Notes: generated by a model from the sequence alone, not told the origin. A stretch of 64,000 nucleotides of DNA from Candidatus Nomurabacteria bacterium CG1_02_43_90 (GCA_001871765.1 MNVN01000015.1:52543-116542), one strand, 5' to 3'; shown: positions 40,751-51,173, counted from the stretch's first letter. Numbers and translations: made by a program.

Positions 40751-41651
40751 TCTTCTTTGCAACTTCATGTCCACCAAATTGATTACGGAGTGCAGATACT
40801 ACTTGCCCAGTATAACTTGGGTTCGACTGTGAGTCTTCTCGAAACTTGAGAGACCCTTCTATAATGGGTACGAGGACACCAAATTCACGTGCCGTTTCTA
40901 CCGTCCAAAGCCCTTCACCACTATGCTTAACTGATCCTGAGATTGCCTCGAGGTCCTCTCCATACTCCTTGAATGCAGTCTCTAGCCATCCTACGAGGCG
41001 AGATTCGATAACACTTTCGTGGTTATATAAGTTTGCGATATTTGAGAGATTAAGCTCGAAAGGTGATTTTTTCATTATTTCGAAACCTTCTCCAATTGCT
41101 TGCATCATTCCATATTCTATGCCGTTATGAACCATTTTTACAAAATGTCCCGCGCCTGCTTTCCCGACGTATGCATAACCATTAGCAACAGAGATGTCTT
41201 TGAAAAGTTCTTCATAGCGATCAAAGATATCTTTTTCTCCTCCCACCATGGTACATGCTCCTTCGCGTGCCCCATGAGGTCCTCCGCTTGTTCCCGCGTC
41301 AAGGAAATGAATTTCTTTTTGCGCAAGCTCTTCTCCGTGACGTATTGAGTTTTTATAGAGAGAGTTTCCCCCGTCGATAATAGTGTCACCCGCAGACAAA
41401 AGAGGAACTAGATCAGCAACCACTTCATCTACAGCTTGATGAGGTACCATGAGCCAGATAATTCGTGGTGACTCAAGATTCTCAACAACTTCAGCAAGTG
41501 TATAAGAAGGTGTAGCCCCGAATTCAGCAACCTCTTTTGTTGCTTCAGGTGTTCTATTGAAAGCGACAACACTCCAACCCTTTTCAAGAAGGTTGAGGGT
41601 CATCCCTTTCCCCATTTTTCCGAGTCCAATATATCCTATTTTTTTATTCAT
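40743..41651 (-). CDS. gnd: 6-phosphogluconate dehydrogenase (short, YqeC type)
   Basis: GLGKMG, DGGNS, DAGTSGG, GHFVKMVHNGIEYG, SGEG.WTV, LRNQFGGH. Confidence 0.95.
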   Translation of the reverse strand: MNKKIGYIGLGKMGKGMTLNLLEKGWSVVAFNRTPEATKEVAEFGATPSYTLAEVVENLESPRIIWLMVPHQAVDEVVADLVPLLSAGDTIIDGGNSLYKNSIRHGEELAQKEIHFLDAGTSGGPHGAREGACTMVGGEKDIFDRYEELFKDISVANGYAYVGKAGAGHFVKMVHNGIEYGMMQAIGEGFEIMKKSPFELNLSNIANLYNHESVIESRLVGWLETAFKEYGEDLEAISGSVKHSGEGLWTVETAREFGVLVPIIEGSLKFREDSQSNPSYTGQVVSALRNQFGGHEVAKKND

Positions 41652-41667
41652 ATTTTTTAAAATTATT

Positions 41668-43101
41668 TTATAATACTATCTCTGGACCAGCACTTCCTTT
41701 TTTGTACCGATGAAGAGGTGTATCTCTCCAAAGGTCGAGGATAGGGGTGATAAAATGCCACGTTGCCGAAACCTCTTCAGTGCTCGTAAAAAGCATCTGG
41801 TCTCCTAAAATACCATCAAAAAGTACTTTTTCGTAAGCATCTGCCAGTGGTTTTACCTCAGGAGATCCTTTGTACGAAAACGAAAGTTCTCGCGGTTCAA
41901 TTTCTAATGAAAGTCCCGGTTTTTTTGCCCAAAAGAGCACTGAGGTTCCTTCGTCTGGTTGTATTCTAAAGGTAAGAACATTCTGACGAGGAGACTTTTC
42001 TTCAGAAATACACAAGCAAGATTCTGTCTTCTTGAAATAAACTTTTATTTCTGCCTTATTTTCAGTAAGAGCCTTTCCACTTTCGAGATAGAAGGGTACC
42101 CCGTTCCATCGTTCATTATCAATAAATGCTTTTATCTTAAAGTATGTTTCTGTCTGAGAGCCAGAGGCGATATTAGGTACTTCAAGATACCCGTCATACT
42201 GTCCACGCACCACAGTTTCGCATACTGTTTCTTCGGTTATTGGGCGAAGTGCTTTAAGCACACGGGCACGTTCAGCTCTAACGTGTTGTGCGTCGAGCTC
42301 TACTGGATCTTCAGTAGCAACAAATGCGAGCATTTGTAATAAGTGGTTCTGACCCACATCGCGCAAAGCACCCGTTTCGTCAAAAAAAGCGCCACGACCC
42401 TCAACACCTCTCGTTTCAAAAAGACTAAGCTCTACCCGCTCAATGAAGTGCTTACTCCACAAAGGTTCAAAAATAAGATTTGAAAAACGAAACATAAGAA
42501 TATCCTGCAATACTTCTTTTGCGAGGTAGTGATCGATACGAAATACTTGTTCTTCTTTAAAAAGTTTCCCTAAAATCGCATCAAGCTCCTGTGCGGTAGT
42601 GATATTATTACCAAAAGGTTTTTCGACAAGTATCCGCGTCCAGCCCGCTTCATTACTACAAGGCTTCATGAGCTCTGATTGTGCTAAGTGCTCAAAAATA
42701 TTTTTATAATACACAGGAGGGACCGCAAGATAGAAGAGTTTGTTTGTACACTGACCTATTTCATCTTCTTTTATTTTGAGAGTTTCCAACAATTCTAAGT
42801 AGCTTTCAATTTTATCGAAGAACCCCTGCGCGTAGGAAATGTGCGAAAGAAATTCAACAAGGTCTTCTTCGGAAAAAGAAGTCTTTTTTGCCATGATTGC
42901 TTTCTTCGCATATTCTCGATAGTCCTTATTAGAAATTTCCTGTCGAGAAAACCCAACAATTTTGAATTTTTTGGGAAGATATCTTTTTTGGAAAAGGTCG
43001 AAAAGCGACGGCAAGAGCTTTTGGGTGCTGAGATCTCCTGTAGCACCAAAAATAGTAATAATAGTGGGCGGAGTTATCTGCATGTTTTCGAATGATGTCA
43101 T
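41668..43101 (-). CDS. zwf: Glucose-6-phosphate 1-dehydrogenase
   Basis: IFGATGDL, EKPFG, RIDHYLAKE, RDVGQNHLLQ. Confidence 0.96.
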   Translation of the reverse strand: MTSFENMQITPPTIITIFGATGDLSTQKLLPSLFDLFQKRYLPKKFKIVGFSRQEISNKDYREYAKKAIMAKKTSFSEEDLVEFLSHISYAQGFFDKIESYLELLETLKIKEDEIGQCTNKLFYLAVPPVYYKNIFEHLAQSELMKPCSNEAGWTRILVEKPFGNNITTAQELDAILGKLFKEEQVFRIDHYLAKEVLQDILMFRFSNLIFEPLWSKHFIERVELSLFETRGVEGRGAFFDETGALRDVGQNHLLQMLAFVATEDPVELDAQHVRAERARVLKALRPITEETVCETVVRGQYDGYLEVPNIASGSQTETYFKIKAFIDNERWNGVPFYLESGKALTENKAEIKVYFKKTESCLCISEEKSPRQNVLTFRIQPDEGTSVLFWAKKPGLSLEIEPRELSFSYKGSPEVKPLADAYEKVLFDGILGDQMLFTSTEEVSATWHFITPILDLWRDTPLHRYKKGSAGPEIVL

Positions 43102-43133
43102 ATCGGATATAAGATAAATTGCATACAAAACGG

Positions 43134-45128
43134 CTACTCTCCCTCATAAAGTGGGTTGCATTTAAGGCATACACCGAGCTCTTCGAGTTTGTCCAGGTAT
43201 TTTACCACAGTCATGATGTATTCCGAATGACTCCACGTAAGAGGAGTTGCGGAAAGTAATTCTCCTGTATAAGGATGAAGCTGTTCCGAGAAAATCCCCG
43301 AGGGGCTTGCGTGTTTTACTGCCCAGGCGAGCCACTGATGTACGGGTGCAAAATCTGCTTCTGTTTTTGCGCGCGCAATATAATACTGAGCGAGCCAAAG
43401 GCTGGTGATAATCCAAGGATTGCCCGGCACACCGATGGTGTCCCGGAAGTACACGTCTCCCTCGTAGCGTGCGACCCCACCAACCGCAGTTTTTACGATG
43501 ATGTGTTCCTCAACCTGCGATACGGCGCGAGTGAGGCGAGGGTCAGAAACATCAAGTACGCCAAAAGCAAAAATTCCATACACGCTCGACATATCGATGG
43601 TGCGGTCATAAGAGATAACTCCCTGGTCTGAAACATTAATCATTTTTATAAACGAACCTCGCTCCTCATCATAAAGGTAGTCAAGGATTCCCTGACGAAT
43701 TTCTTCTGCTGCGGTAGTGTAGATATGTTCACTTTTTTCCTTACCGAGGAGTTTTGCAAATTTTGCAGAAACCATCAGTGCTTGATATACCGAGGACGCG
43801 GTGAAGGTGTGTATACCGAACTTTTCTTCCCAGAGGTCGTAGGAAGCTTTCGGGAGCTTTGTCTTGGTATCACGATACCCAACCATAAAATCCGCGGCTC
43901 GTTTGATAAGCGTATTGTAAACTTTTTCAATAAACTCAAGATCACGTGATTGGGTGTAGTGGTGCCAGAGAGCAACAATTACTAGTGCTGTTTCGTCCTC
44001 CTGAATGGGGAGCTCTACTTTTCCATTCCGCATCCAAGGGTGCCACGAACTCCCGAGGGATTCGTCGGGACGATATTTATGCATGAGGTACCCATCATTA
44101 GTAATGACATGTTCGCAAAAATCAAAGAACCTCTCTGTTACATTGAAGTTTCCCGCCATATCAAAAGCAATAGCAGAAAATGCACCATCACGAGGCCACA
44201 TGTAGCTGTAAGTATCGCGACCATTTTGGAGCATATCGGAATCTGCGGAAGCGATGATCGCACCCCTGTTGTCTGCATGTGTACGTATAACGAGAAGTGA
44301 CCGCTTAAAAAGTGCAATCTCATCCTGGGTAAGGCCATAAAAACTAAAGTTATATTTGTTCACCCACGCATACCAATAGTCACGCGTTGTCCGCACAAGG
44401 TGTCCTGGTTTTTTCTCGAGCGTATAAGCATTGAGTTCAAGCGCTTCCTTGATTGATTCTGCTACCGCAATCCAGTAGTAAATAGTTTTCGTTTCTTGAG
44501 GGGCAAGATCAATATAAAATCCAACAACTGAGTCAGAAGGACCATGTTCGATGAGATTTTTTGACAACATACCATCTTCTGCGTCCTTAAAACTTCCTTC
44601 TTTCCCCTCTATCTTAAATATGCCCGCAGTATAATCGTCAAAACTACCCCTATCTGATAAGCCATTCACCAAAAAAACGCGCTTGCCGTTGTAGTGAACG
44701 ACAACATGGTTTATGGGGTCAAAATATGAGGTATCACCACGATGTGACTCATAAATCTCAAACTCATGACCAAAAAAAAGTTTAACCGTCCTTTGTCGGT
44801 CGGTGTCATTGGTAACCTTTACCTCACGTAAAAAAATATTTTTTTCGTTATAAACTGTATCAGAAAATTTGAGCGTAACACCGAGAGTATTATTTATGGC
44901 TATTGTTTCTCCTACGAGTGATTGATCAGCGGAATGCATCTGAATATCCCAGTTGGAATGTTCAAACCAATTGAGCTGATAGTCTACATATACCCCTACG
45001 CGATGGGTGTAGTGCCCCCCCACGTGATTTTCAAGACCAACATAAGGAAAGTACAGGTCCCGTACCTGTGCGCGCTTGTCTTCGCAAACGAGCATTGTTC
45101 CATTTCCGAGAGAAAGCGCTTTTGACAT
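43134..45128 (-). CDS. Glycoside hydrolase family 15 (glucoamylase-like)
   Basis: YSYMWPRDG, QEDET, YDLWEE, EQ...SATPLTWSH. Confidence 0.9.
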   Translation of the reverse strand: MSKALSLGNGTMLVCEDKRAQVRDLYFPYVGLENHVGGHYTHRVGVYVDYQLNWFEHSNWDIQMHSADQSLVGETIAINNTLGVTLKFSDTVYNEKNIFLREVKVTNDTDRQRTVKLFFGHEFEIYESHRGDTSYFDPINHVVVHYNGKRVFLVNGLSDRGSFDDYTAGIFKIEGKEGSFKDAEDGMLSKNLIEHGPSDSVVGFYIDLAPQETKTIYYWIAVAESIKEALELNAYTLEKKPGHLVRTTRDYWYAWVNKYNFSFYGLTQDEIALFKRSLLVIRTHADNRGAIIASADSDMLQNGRDTYSYMWPRDGAFSAIAFDMAGNFNVTERFFDFCEHVITNDGYLMHKYRPDESLGSSWHPWMRNGKVELPIQEDETALVIVALWHHYTQSRDLEFIEKVYNTLIKRAADFMVGYRDTKTKLPKASYDLWEEKFGIHTFTASSVYQALMVSAKFAKLLGKEKSEHIYTTAAEEIRQGILDYLYDEERGSFIKMINVSDQGVISYDRTIDMSSVYGIFAFGVLDVSDPRLTRAVSQVEEHIIVKTAVGGVARYEGDVYFRDTIGVPGNPWIITSLWLAQYYIARAKTEADFAPVHQWLAWAVKHASPSGIFSEQLHPYTGELLSATPLTWSHSEYIMTVVKYLDKLEELGVCLKCNPLYEGE

Positions 45129-45189
45129 GCATATAGTATACAAGTAATGCGTTCCAAAAACAAATTTTGGGAAATAATTTTCTAATTAC

Positions 45190-46425
45190 CTAAGGCAACT
45201 TTTTCACCGCAACTTTTTTTACATAGTTTGGGTGCCCCACCACGCGTAAACGTAAGTCTTGAAGTGCATTCATGTAGGCAATAAATGCTTCATAGGGCGT
45301 ATTGTAAGGATTGAAATATTTGTGTACATCGCCATCGTTAAACCATTTGGTGCACATATAATAGAAGTGATCGGAAGTTTGCAGTTTACGCCAATCGCTG
45401 ATAATTTTTTCGTCTTTTGTTGCAAGAACATCCTCTTCAAGCTTATAGATACTCTGTATTGCATCATGTTGCATAGGATTGGAGAGCCACGCCGAAAGGT
45501 CACGCTCCACATCTGCCCACGACATAAAGTTGTGCACATCGAGCTCTGCTACTGGTTCATAGCGCGCAATGGCTTCACTGGGCGTTATAAAATCGTTGTT
45601 AGGGTTTTTGTATATTTCTTCAGGGAGATGACGCAGGAAATTAAAAATACCAGTATCTTCCCATTGGTGCTCTCCGAAGGTTTCGTAGTCCATAAAGAGA
45701 TTAATCACGTGTCCATTGCCGTTGACCTCGTTTGCCCATTTTGCAAATTTGGGAGCAGTCAAAGGAAAGTCCACCCACTCCTTTGATGAAAATCGAAAAG
45801 CGATATCATCAGAGAGGCGGTAATTTTTGAGCATAAGTTTTATGTTCTCTGTCCCCTGCGGGCGATACAAAAAATTTGGACTTTTCCAACCAAGGACATG
45901 GTCGGCACCCTCAGCGATGATACCCTTGTACCCCATCCTCTCGACCTCGTGCGCAAGTGCGTTATTGTAAATGAGCTCGGTATTACGAAATACGGTCGGC
46001 GTAACCCCAAAAAGTTCTTGGATTTTTTCGCGATGCATTGTGACCTGACGACGAAATTCCTCAGGTGAGTAAAGAAACGAGAGCGAATGATAGTACGTTT
46101 CTTCCAAGACTTCTACACGCCCCGTTGCAATAAGCTCCTGAAAAGAGGCAAGTGTTTCGGGGCTAAATTCCTCGAGTTGGTCGAGGAATACTCCTGAAAA
46201 AGAAAAGCTGATTTTAAATTCGGGATGTTTCTTGAGAAGCTCAAGTAAAACAGCGTTCGCAGGCAAATAGCACTTCCCTGCTACTTTACGGAGAATTTTT
46301 TTATTATTGATCGAGCGCTCTGAATCATCATTAAAATATTCGTTATCATTCCCCACGTCAAAAACCCGATAATCTTTCACGCGGTAGGGTTGGTGAACTT
46401 GAAAATAAAAGCAGAGGGAGGCCAT
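45190..46425 (-). CDS. Glycoside hydrolase family 57 (alpha-amylase-like)
   Basis: FQVHQPYR, ETYYHSL, FRNTELIY, FMDYETFGEHQW, LQTSDHFYYM. Confidence 0.93.
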   Translation of the reverse strand: MASLCFYFQVHQPYRVKDYRVFDVGNDNEYFNDDSERSINNKKILRKVAGKCYLPANAVLLELLKKHPEFKISFSFSGVFLDQLEEFSPETLASFQELIATGRVEVLEETYYHSLSFLYSPEEFRRQVTMHREKIQELFGVTPTVFRNTELIYNNALAHEVERMGYKGIIAEGADHVLGWKSPNFLYRPQGTENIKLMLKNYRLSDDIAFRFSSKEWVDFPLTAPKFAKWANEVNGNGHVINLFMDYETFGEHQWEDTGIFNFLRHLPEEIYKNPNNDFITPSEAIARYEPVAELDVHNFMSWADVERDLSAWLSNPMQHDAIQSIYKLEEDVLATKDEKIISDWRKLQTSDHFYYMCTKWFNDGDVHKYFNPYNTPYEAFIAYMNALQDLRLRVVGHPNYVKKVAVKKLP

Positions 46426-46596
46426 GGAATAGTTAATAGTTCTTATTTAATAAAAAATACTTCCTCTATTGTAACAGATATATTTTTTTAGCAAAAGAAA
46501 AAGCGCACCGCGAAGTAATAGATACACCAACCACTCTTGTAAATCAACCAAAAATGCTACCATTTTGGATTCCTTCATTTCTTTCAAGAAAAATGG

Positions 46597-46631
46597 CAGG
46601 CACACTACTCTTAAAAAGAGTAGTGTGCCTG
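46597..46631. terminator. 16-bp stem hairpin downstream of the GT4 gene
   Basis: CAGGCACACTACTCTT-AAA-AAGAGTAGTGTGCCTG. Confidence 0.5.
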
Positions 46632-46663
46632 TTTATCTTTGTCGATGTTTAGATTCAAAGAAA

Positions 46664-47896
46664 CTAGATGTAGCGAGTATCCGATGTTGCTCCACAGTCA
46701 CAAATAATTTTTTCGTAATAACTCACACACTTCTCGCTTGCCACGTCCCAATTTACTTTTTTTATTTCCTGCCGACTGTTCCCCCGCAGTGTTTCCGAGA
46801 GTGACCGATGTGCTACCGCCCCGAGAATTTTATTTGCCATATCCTCAGTGTCCCAAAAATCTGTTTTGAGTGCGTGAGTAATCACCTCTGATACTCCTGA
46901 TTGTTTTGAGATCAAGACTGGCGTACCCGCAATAATCGATTCAAGAGGGGTGATACCAAATGGCTCTGAAACAGACGGCATTACAAAAAGGTCTGCTGCT
47001 TTATATGCTGCATTCAAGTCATCTCCCCGAAGGAAACCCATGAACATCACGTGGTCTGAGATCCCCAAAGAGGCTGTTTCAAGCATCATTTGACGCTCCA
47101 TATCCCCTGAACCTGCTACAAGAAAAAGAACATTGGGGTTTACCTCAAGAACTCTCTTTGCTGCTCGAATAAAATATTCGGGACCTTTTTGGATAGTGAT
47201 ACGCCCTGCAAAAAGAACAATCTTTTGTCCCGCCTTCTTAAGATCAGCAAGCTTGTCAGGAATACTTGTATAGTCACACTCATCAATACCATTGTGCACG
47301 ACTTGGATCTTATCTGCAGGTATTCCATAGTGCTCTACAATTTTCTGCTTGGTAAAATTACTTACCGCAATAATACCATCAGCGTACTGCATTGCTTCCC
47401 GCTCTATCTTATAGACTTCTTCGTTTGCTCCTTGACCCCCTGTGCGGTCAAATTCAGTAGCATGCATATGGAGGATAAGGGGTTTACCCGAAACTTTTTT
47501 TGCAGCAACTCCTGCAAGGAAAGAGAGCCAATCATGTGCATGGATAACATCGAAGTGTTCTTTTTTGGCTATTTCGCGAGCGCGAAGAGCGTAGCGTTTT
47601 ACTTCTTGCATAAGGGTATTTCCATATATATCAGAAACCACCTTATCCCGCTCCCGTATATACCCTTCTGAGGTAACGTAAGGTTTTAGCGTTGTTTCAA
47701 TCTCAAGAAATTTAACTCGACGCTCATCTCCAAACAAAATATCCATAAACGATGCTGTCACGCTAACTTTTTTTGGAAGAACAAAGAGTACTTCAATCTT
47801 TTTTACTGCGAGCGCGCGGGTCAAACCAAAACACGCTGTGCCGAGGCCACCGCTATTGTGAGGAGGAAATTCCCATCCGAACATAAGTACGCGCAT
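46664..47896 (-). CDS. GT4 glycosyltransferase (alpha-glucan/glycogen synthase-like)
   Basis: MFGWEFPP..SGGLG, HAHDW, HATE, QKGP, PSVSEPFGI..LE. Confidence 0.9.
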   Translation of the reverse strand: MRVLMFGWEFPPHNSGGLGTACFGLTRALAVKKIEVLFVLPKKVSVTASFMDILFGDERRVKFLEIETTLKPYVTSEGYIRERDKVVSDIYGNTLMQEVKRYALRAREIAKKEHFDVIHAHDWLSFLAGVAAKKVSGKPLILHMHATEFDRTGGQGANEEVYKIEREAMQYADGIIAVSNFTKQKIVEHYGIPADKIQVVHNGIDECDYTSIPDKLADLKKAGQKIVLFAGRITIQKGPEYFIRAAKRVLEVNPNVLFLVAGSGDMERQMMLETASLGISDHVMFMGFLRGDDLNAAYKAADLFVMPSVSEPFGITPLESIIAGTPVLISKQSGVSEVITHALKTDFWDTEDMANKILGAVAHRSLSETLRGNSRQEIKKVNWDVASEKCVSYYEKIICDCGATSDTRYI

Positions 47897-48062
47897 AAAA
47901 TAAATATAAAATGTAAAAGACTCAAGTTCATTGTACCACATGATTACAAATTTATTTTTAACAAAAAACAAAAAAGTTGTGTATAACTCTAAATTATTAG
48001 TTTTATTTTCTCGTGCTAGAATATATTTAAGGTCAGTGCACGACCCCTAATATAAATAAAAC

Positions 48063-48254
48063 ATGCTCAACAATCATACTTACAATTTATTACTCCAAGC
48101 AACACAAGAGCACAAAAGTCTTTGGCGCATAAAAAATACGTACAAAAAAGATACTGACGAGTGTGCAGAATGTGTTGCTTTTTGGGAAAAAATGGAAAAA
48201 GATAAGGAGGGTCACGTTGCTGAACTTGAAGCACTCATTAAAAAACATATCTAA
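48063..48254 (+). CDS. Small ferritin-like two-helix protein
   Basis: YNLL.Q..QE..SLWRI...Y..D...CAEC..FW...DKE.H; own promoter and terminator. Confidence 0.7.
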   Translation: MLNNHTYNLLLQATQEHKSLWRIKNTYKKDTDECAECVAFWEKMEKDKEGHVAELEALIKKHI

Positions 48255-48341
48255 AAAAAGTAACAATAGAAGGAAAACGCCTTACGGGTAATTACTCGGG
48301 GGCGTTTTCCTCTTGTCAAATCACTATTTTTAGTGTAGAGT

Positions 48342-49184
48342 ATGGAAATTACATACAACCAACGTGCTCCGAGGCCCCTTATTTCAGCTCTACTTATGAA
48401 AAACCCATCAAAAAATACACCTCGGAAACAAGCTCGGCCAAGCGTTAAAAAAACAATCTCTTCTGATGCAGAGTCCCTCACCTTCCCTATTCGTCTTAAC
48501 CGCTACCTTGCACACAAGGGATTTTCAACTCGTCGTGGAGCAGATGAACTTATTACAAAAGGTTTAGTGAAGATAAATGATAAAGTCGCCGTACTCGGTG
48601 ATCAAGTAACATCAGGAGATGATGTCATCGAGGTTTCCCCTAGTGTCCTTACCAAAATAGAAGGATCCTATCGTTATGTTGCGTACTACAAACCTCGCGG
48701 AATTTCAACTGATACACAAAAAGAAGGAGAGAGCATCAAGATGGCACTCCCTGCACTCCGAGGACTCTTCCCTCTTGGTCGTCTTGATAAGGACTCGGAA
48801 GGATTGATTATTCTTACGAACGATGGTCGCCTTACTGACCGCGTCCTTTCACCTGACCGCGCACATGAAAAAGAATATCTTGTAAAAGTTGATAAAAAAG
48901 TCTCTGACACCTTTATTCGTCACCTCGAACGAGGGATCCTCATTGAGGTGTACAAAACCAAACCGGCAAAGGCTCGTCGCACTGGCGAAACTATTTTTCG
49001 TATTATCCTTACGGAAGGCAAGAAACACCAAGTTCGTCGCATGTGCGCCGCTGAAGGGTACCAAGTACTCGATCTTACTCGCGTACGTATTATGAATGTA
49101 ACTCTCGGAAACTTAAAAAGTGGTGCCTATCGTGACATTGTCGGGGCAGAACTTACTGAACTGAAAAAAAGTATTGGGCTCTAA
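48342..49184 (+). CDS. RsuA/RluB-family rRNA pseudouridine synthase
   Basis: S4 domain (RLNRYLA..G..TRR.AD), GRLDKDSEGL..LTNDG, EGKKHQVRRM. Confidence 0.93.
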   Translation: MEITYNQRAPRPLISALLMKNPSKNTPRKQARPSVKKTISSDAESLTFPIRLNRYLAHKGFSTRRGADELITKGLVKINDKVAVLGDQVTSGDDVIEVSPSVLTKIEGSYRYVAYYKPRGISTDTQKEGESIKMALPALRGLFPLGRLDKDSEGLIILTNDGRLTDRVLSPDRAHEKEYLVKVDKKVSDTFIRHLERGILIEVYKTKPAKARRTGETIFRIILTEGKKHQVRRMCAAEGYQVLDLTRVRIMNVTLGNLKSGAYRDIVGAELTELKKSIGL

Positions 49185-49526
49185 AAATATCCTAAAAAAT
49201 AAAAGGACACCGATAATTCCCACAAAAAAGGCAACCAGAAGTACGAAACCTCCCATCATATCTTTCACTTTTCCAATGAGCGGGTCATGGTTCGGCTCAA
49301 CCTTATTACATAAATCCTCAACGACCGTATTTACAATCTCCGCAGTAAGTACCGCGCCGATACAAGCAATGAGGATAATCCACTCAAGGGTTATAAATTT
49401 GAAATAAATACCAAGAGCTATCACCGCGAGAGATATACCAATTTCAATACGAAAATTGACTTCCTCTTGCCATACGGTACGCAGTCCATGCATTGCCCAC
49501 CCAAAACTTTTTATAAATTTATTCAT
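49113..49526 (-). CDS. dgkA: Diacylglycerol/undecaprenol kinase
   Basis: SF.WA..GL, E.NFRIE, AE.VNT.VEDL, KD...G.VL. Confidence 0.88.
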   Translation of the reverse strand: MNKFIKSFGWAMHGLRTVWQEEVNFRIEIGISLAVIALGIYFKFITLEWIILIACIGAVLTAEIVNTVVEDLCNKVEPNHDPLIGKVKDMMGGFVLLVAFFVGIIGVLLFFRIFLEPNTFFQFSKFCPDNVTIGTTF

Positions 49527-49532
49527 GAGATT

Positions 49533-49787
49533 TTATGATTTATGTTTTGAGAGAAAATCGAGTTTCTTCTCCCTTGTCCACCGCTTTATTTCTGCTTCAC
49601 GAGCGCGCGCAACAGCAAGATCAAGGACCTCTTCAGAATATTTTAAAAATACCGGGCGGCGAATCTTTGTATAATGCGCCCCTGATTTTAAATGATTATG
49701 AGCGTACAACCTCTTTTCAAGATCACTTGTTGAACCTATATAGAGACTACTGTCCGCACATTCTAAAATATATACGGTATAGGCCAT
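49533..49787 (-). CDS. GIY-YIG nuclease (UPF0213/YazA-like)
   Basis: [13 protein letters not shown]...LEKRL..HN...GAHYT..RRPV, RE.EIK. Confidence 0.9.
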   Translation of the reverse strand: MAYTVYILECADSSLYIGSTSDLEKRLYAHNHLKSGAHYTKIRRPVFLKYSEEVLDLAVARAREAEIKRWTREKKLDFLSKHKS

Positions 49788-49798
49788 CTCGGTAAGAC

Positions 49799-50209
49799 TT
49801 ATCGTAACCCGTTTTGATGGAAACAATCTACATATTCTCGGTCTTCTCCCAAAATATGCCTTACCCACCATTCCCCAAGAAAATCCATCATCTCAAAAGG
49901 GAGCATGACCTCATCTTCATAATAAGCTTTTGAGAACTTACTGATTTTTTCTCGGTAGGCTTCGTGCTCTCGTATGTGCTCTTCTCTTCCCGCATACTCA
50001 AATTCATTAAAGTATTTCTCCTCAGTAGCAAAATGCATATCAGCATACCGAATAAGCTCCTGAATTGTCGAACGCAATACTTCTTTGTCTGGTGAAGCCT
50101 GGAGAGACCGATAAAGAACATTAATAATCTCAATCATTTTTTTGTGCTGGGTATCGATAACCTCAACCCCAAGATTGTACTTTTCACTCCAAAAAATTAA
50201 ATCTGCCAT
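49799..50209 (-). CDS. Bacteriohemerythrin
   Basis: W...Y.LGV..ID.QH, HF..EE, H...H, W...HI...D di-iron ligands. Confidence 0.92.
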   Translation of the reverse strand: MADLIFWSEKYNLGVEVIDTQHKKMIEIINVLYRSLQASPDKEVLRSTIQELIRYADMHFATEEKYFNEFEYAGREEHIREHEAYREKISKFSKAYYEDEVMLPFEMMDFLGEWWVRHILGEDREYVDCFHQNGLR

Positions 50210-50299
50210 AATTCTTATTACTTAAATAATATAACTGAATTATACCATACTTATTAAAAAAGTTTTGAGTATTTATAAAAATTCTGCCATACTGTCATT

Positions 50300-50926
50300 A
50301 TGTTTGAACTTTCCAAAGAAGAAACTTCGATTTTGAAAAGCCTCTCAACACCCAATAAAATCCAAGATTTTTTGGATACCCTTGCTTTTAATTACGAGAA
50401 AAGTGGTGAAACTTGCATGTCGCCACGGAGGGTATTGCGTGAAGGCAAAGCGCACTGTCTTGAAGGGGCACTTTTTGCAGCCACCGCACTCTGGCTTCAC
50501 GGAGAGCGACCCCTTCTTCTAAACCTCGAAACCCTCGATGATGATGACGACCATGCACTCGCGCTCTATAAAAAAAATGGGCTCTGGGGTGCACTCAGTA
50601 AGACGAACCACAATGTGTTGCGTTTCCGTGACCCCGTATACCATACGGTACACGAGCTCGTACTCTCCTATTTCCATGAATACTTTATGCCCGGCACGGG
50701 ACAAAAAACATTGCGCGCATATTCACGTCCATTTTCACTCAAACAGTTTGGTACAGCATGGATTATTTCTGAGGAGAATTTATGGACTATCGCGCATGCA
50801 CTCGATGAAGCACCACACTCCCCTATTGTTCCCAAGGATTATACGCGCCACCTCCGGCCTGCATCATTGGTTGAGCAAACATCAGCAAGTATCGCCGAGT
50901 GGGATAAAAAAAATCCCCGAACGTAG
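50300..50926 (+). CDS. Conserved hypothetical, transglutaminase-like fold
   Basis: AHCLEGA (Cys), DDDHALA (His), WGALSKTNH. Confidence 0.7.
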   Translation: MFELSKEETSILKSLSTPNKIQDFLDTLAFNYEKSGETCMSPRRVLREGKAHCLEGALFAATALWLHGERPLLLNLETLDDDDDHALALYKKNGLWGALSKTNHNVLRFRDPVYHTVHELVLSYFHEYFMPGTGQKTLRAYSRPFSLKQFGTAWIISEENLWTIAHALDEAPHSPIVPKDYTRHLRPASLVEQTSASIAEWDKKNPRT

Positions 50927-50929
50927 TAC

Positions 50930-50971
50930 AGGAGAAAAATGCGGTTCCGCAAGGAACCGCATTTTTCTCCT
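50930..50971. terminator. Terminator, 19-bp stem with GCAA loop
   Basis: AGGAGAAAAATGCGGTTCC-GCAA-GGAACCGCATTTTTCTCCT. Confidence 0.8.
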
Positions 50972-51031
50972 AAGTTAAGAAGGATAGCCAATCGACTAAC
51001 GTAGCAATAACGAAGATAAGCTTTTTAAGCT

Positions 51032-51173
51032 CTACTTCAATAAATACCCGACCAACTTTAGTACCCAAGCATCCTGAGTAAATATCAGCCCGATACCAAC
51101 AATGATTAGCACGAGGAGAATAATACGTAGCGCTCGAACAATGGGGCTTGTATTATCTTCTATTTTTTTCCAT
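51032..51173 (-). pseudogene. Small membrane protein gene frameshifted in an A7 tract
   Basis: Removing one A gives MEKIEDNTSPIVRALRIILLVLIIVGIGLIFTQDAWVLKLVGYLLK*. Confidence 0.5.

Noticed and set aside
47978..47986. Isolated DnaA-type box (TTATACACA on minus) as oriC evidence
   Set aside because: Single scattered boxes, no cluster and no dnaA/dnaN nearby
48011..48038. B. subtilis dif-like TCGTGCTAGAA-TATATT-TAAGGTCAGTG
   Set aside because: Right arm matches poorly; better explained as a TGC-TAGAAT promoter for ORF 48063
49113..49184. 72-nt convergent overlap of the pseudouridine synthase gene and dgkA
   Set aside because: Most simply a non-conserved C-terminal run-on in a compact genome
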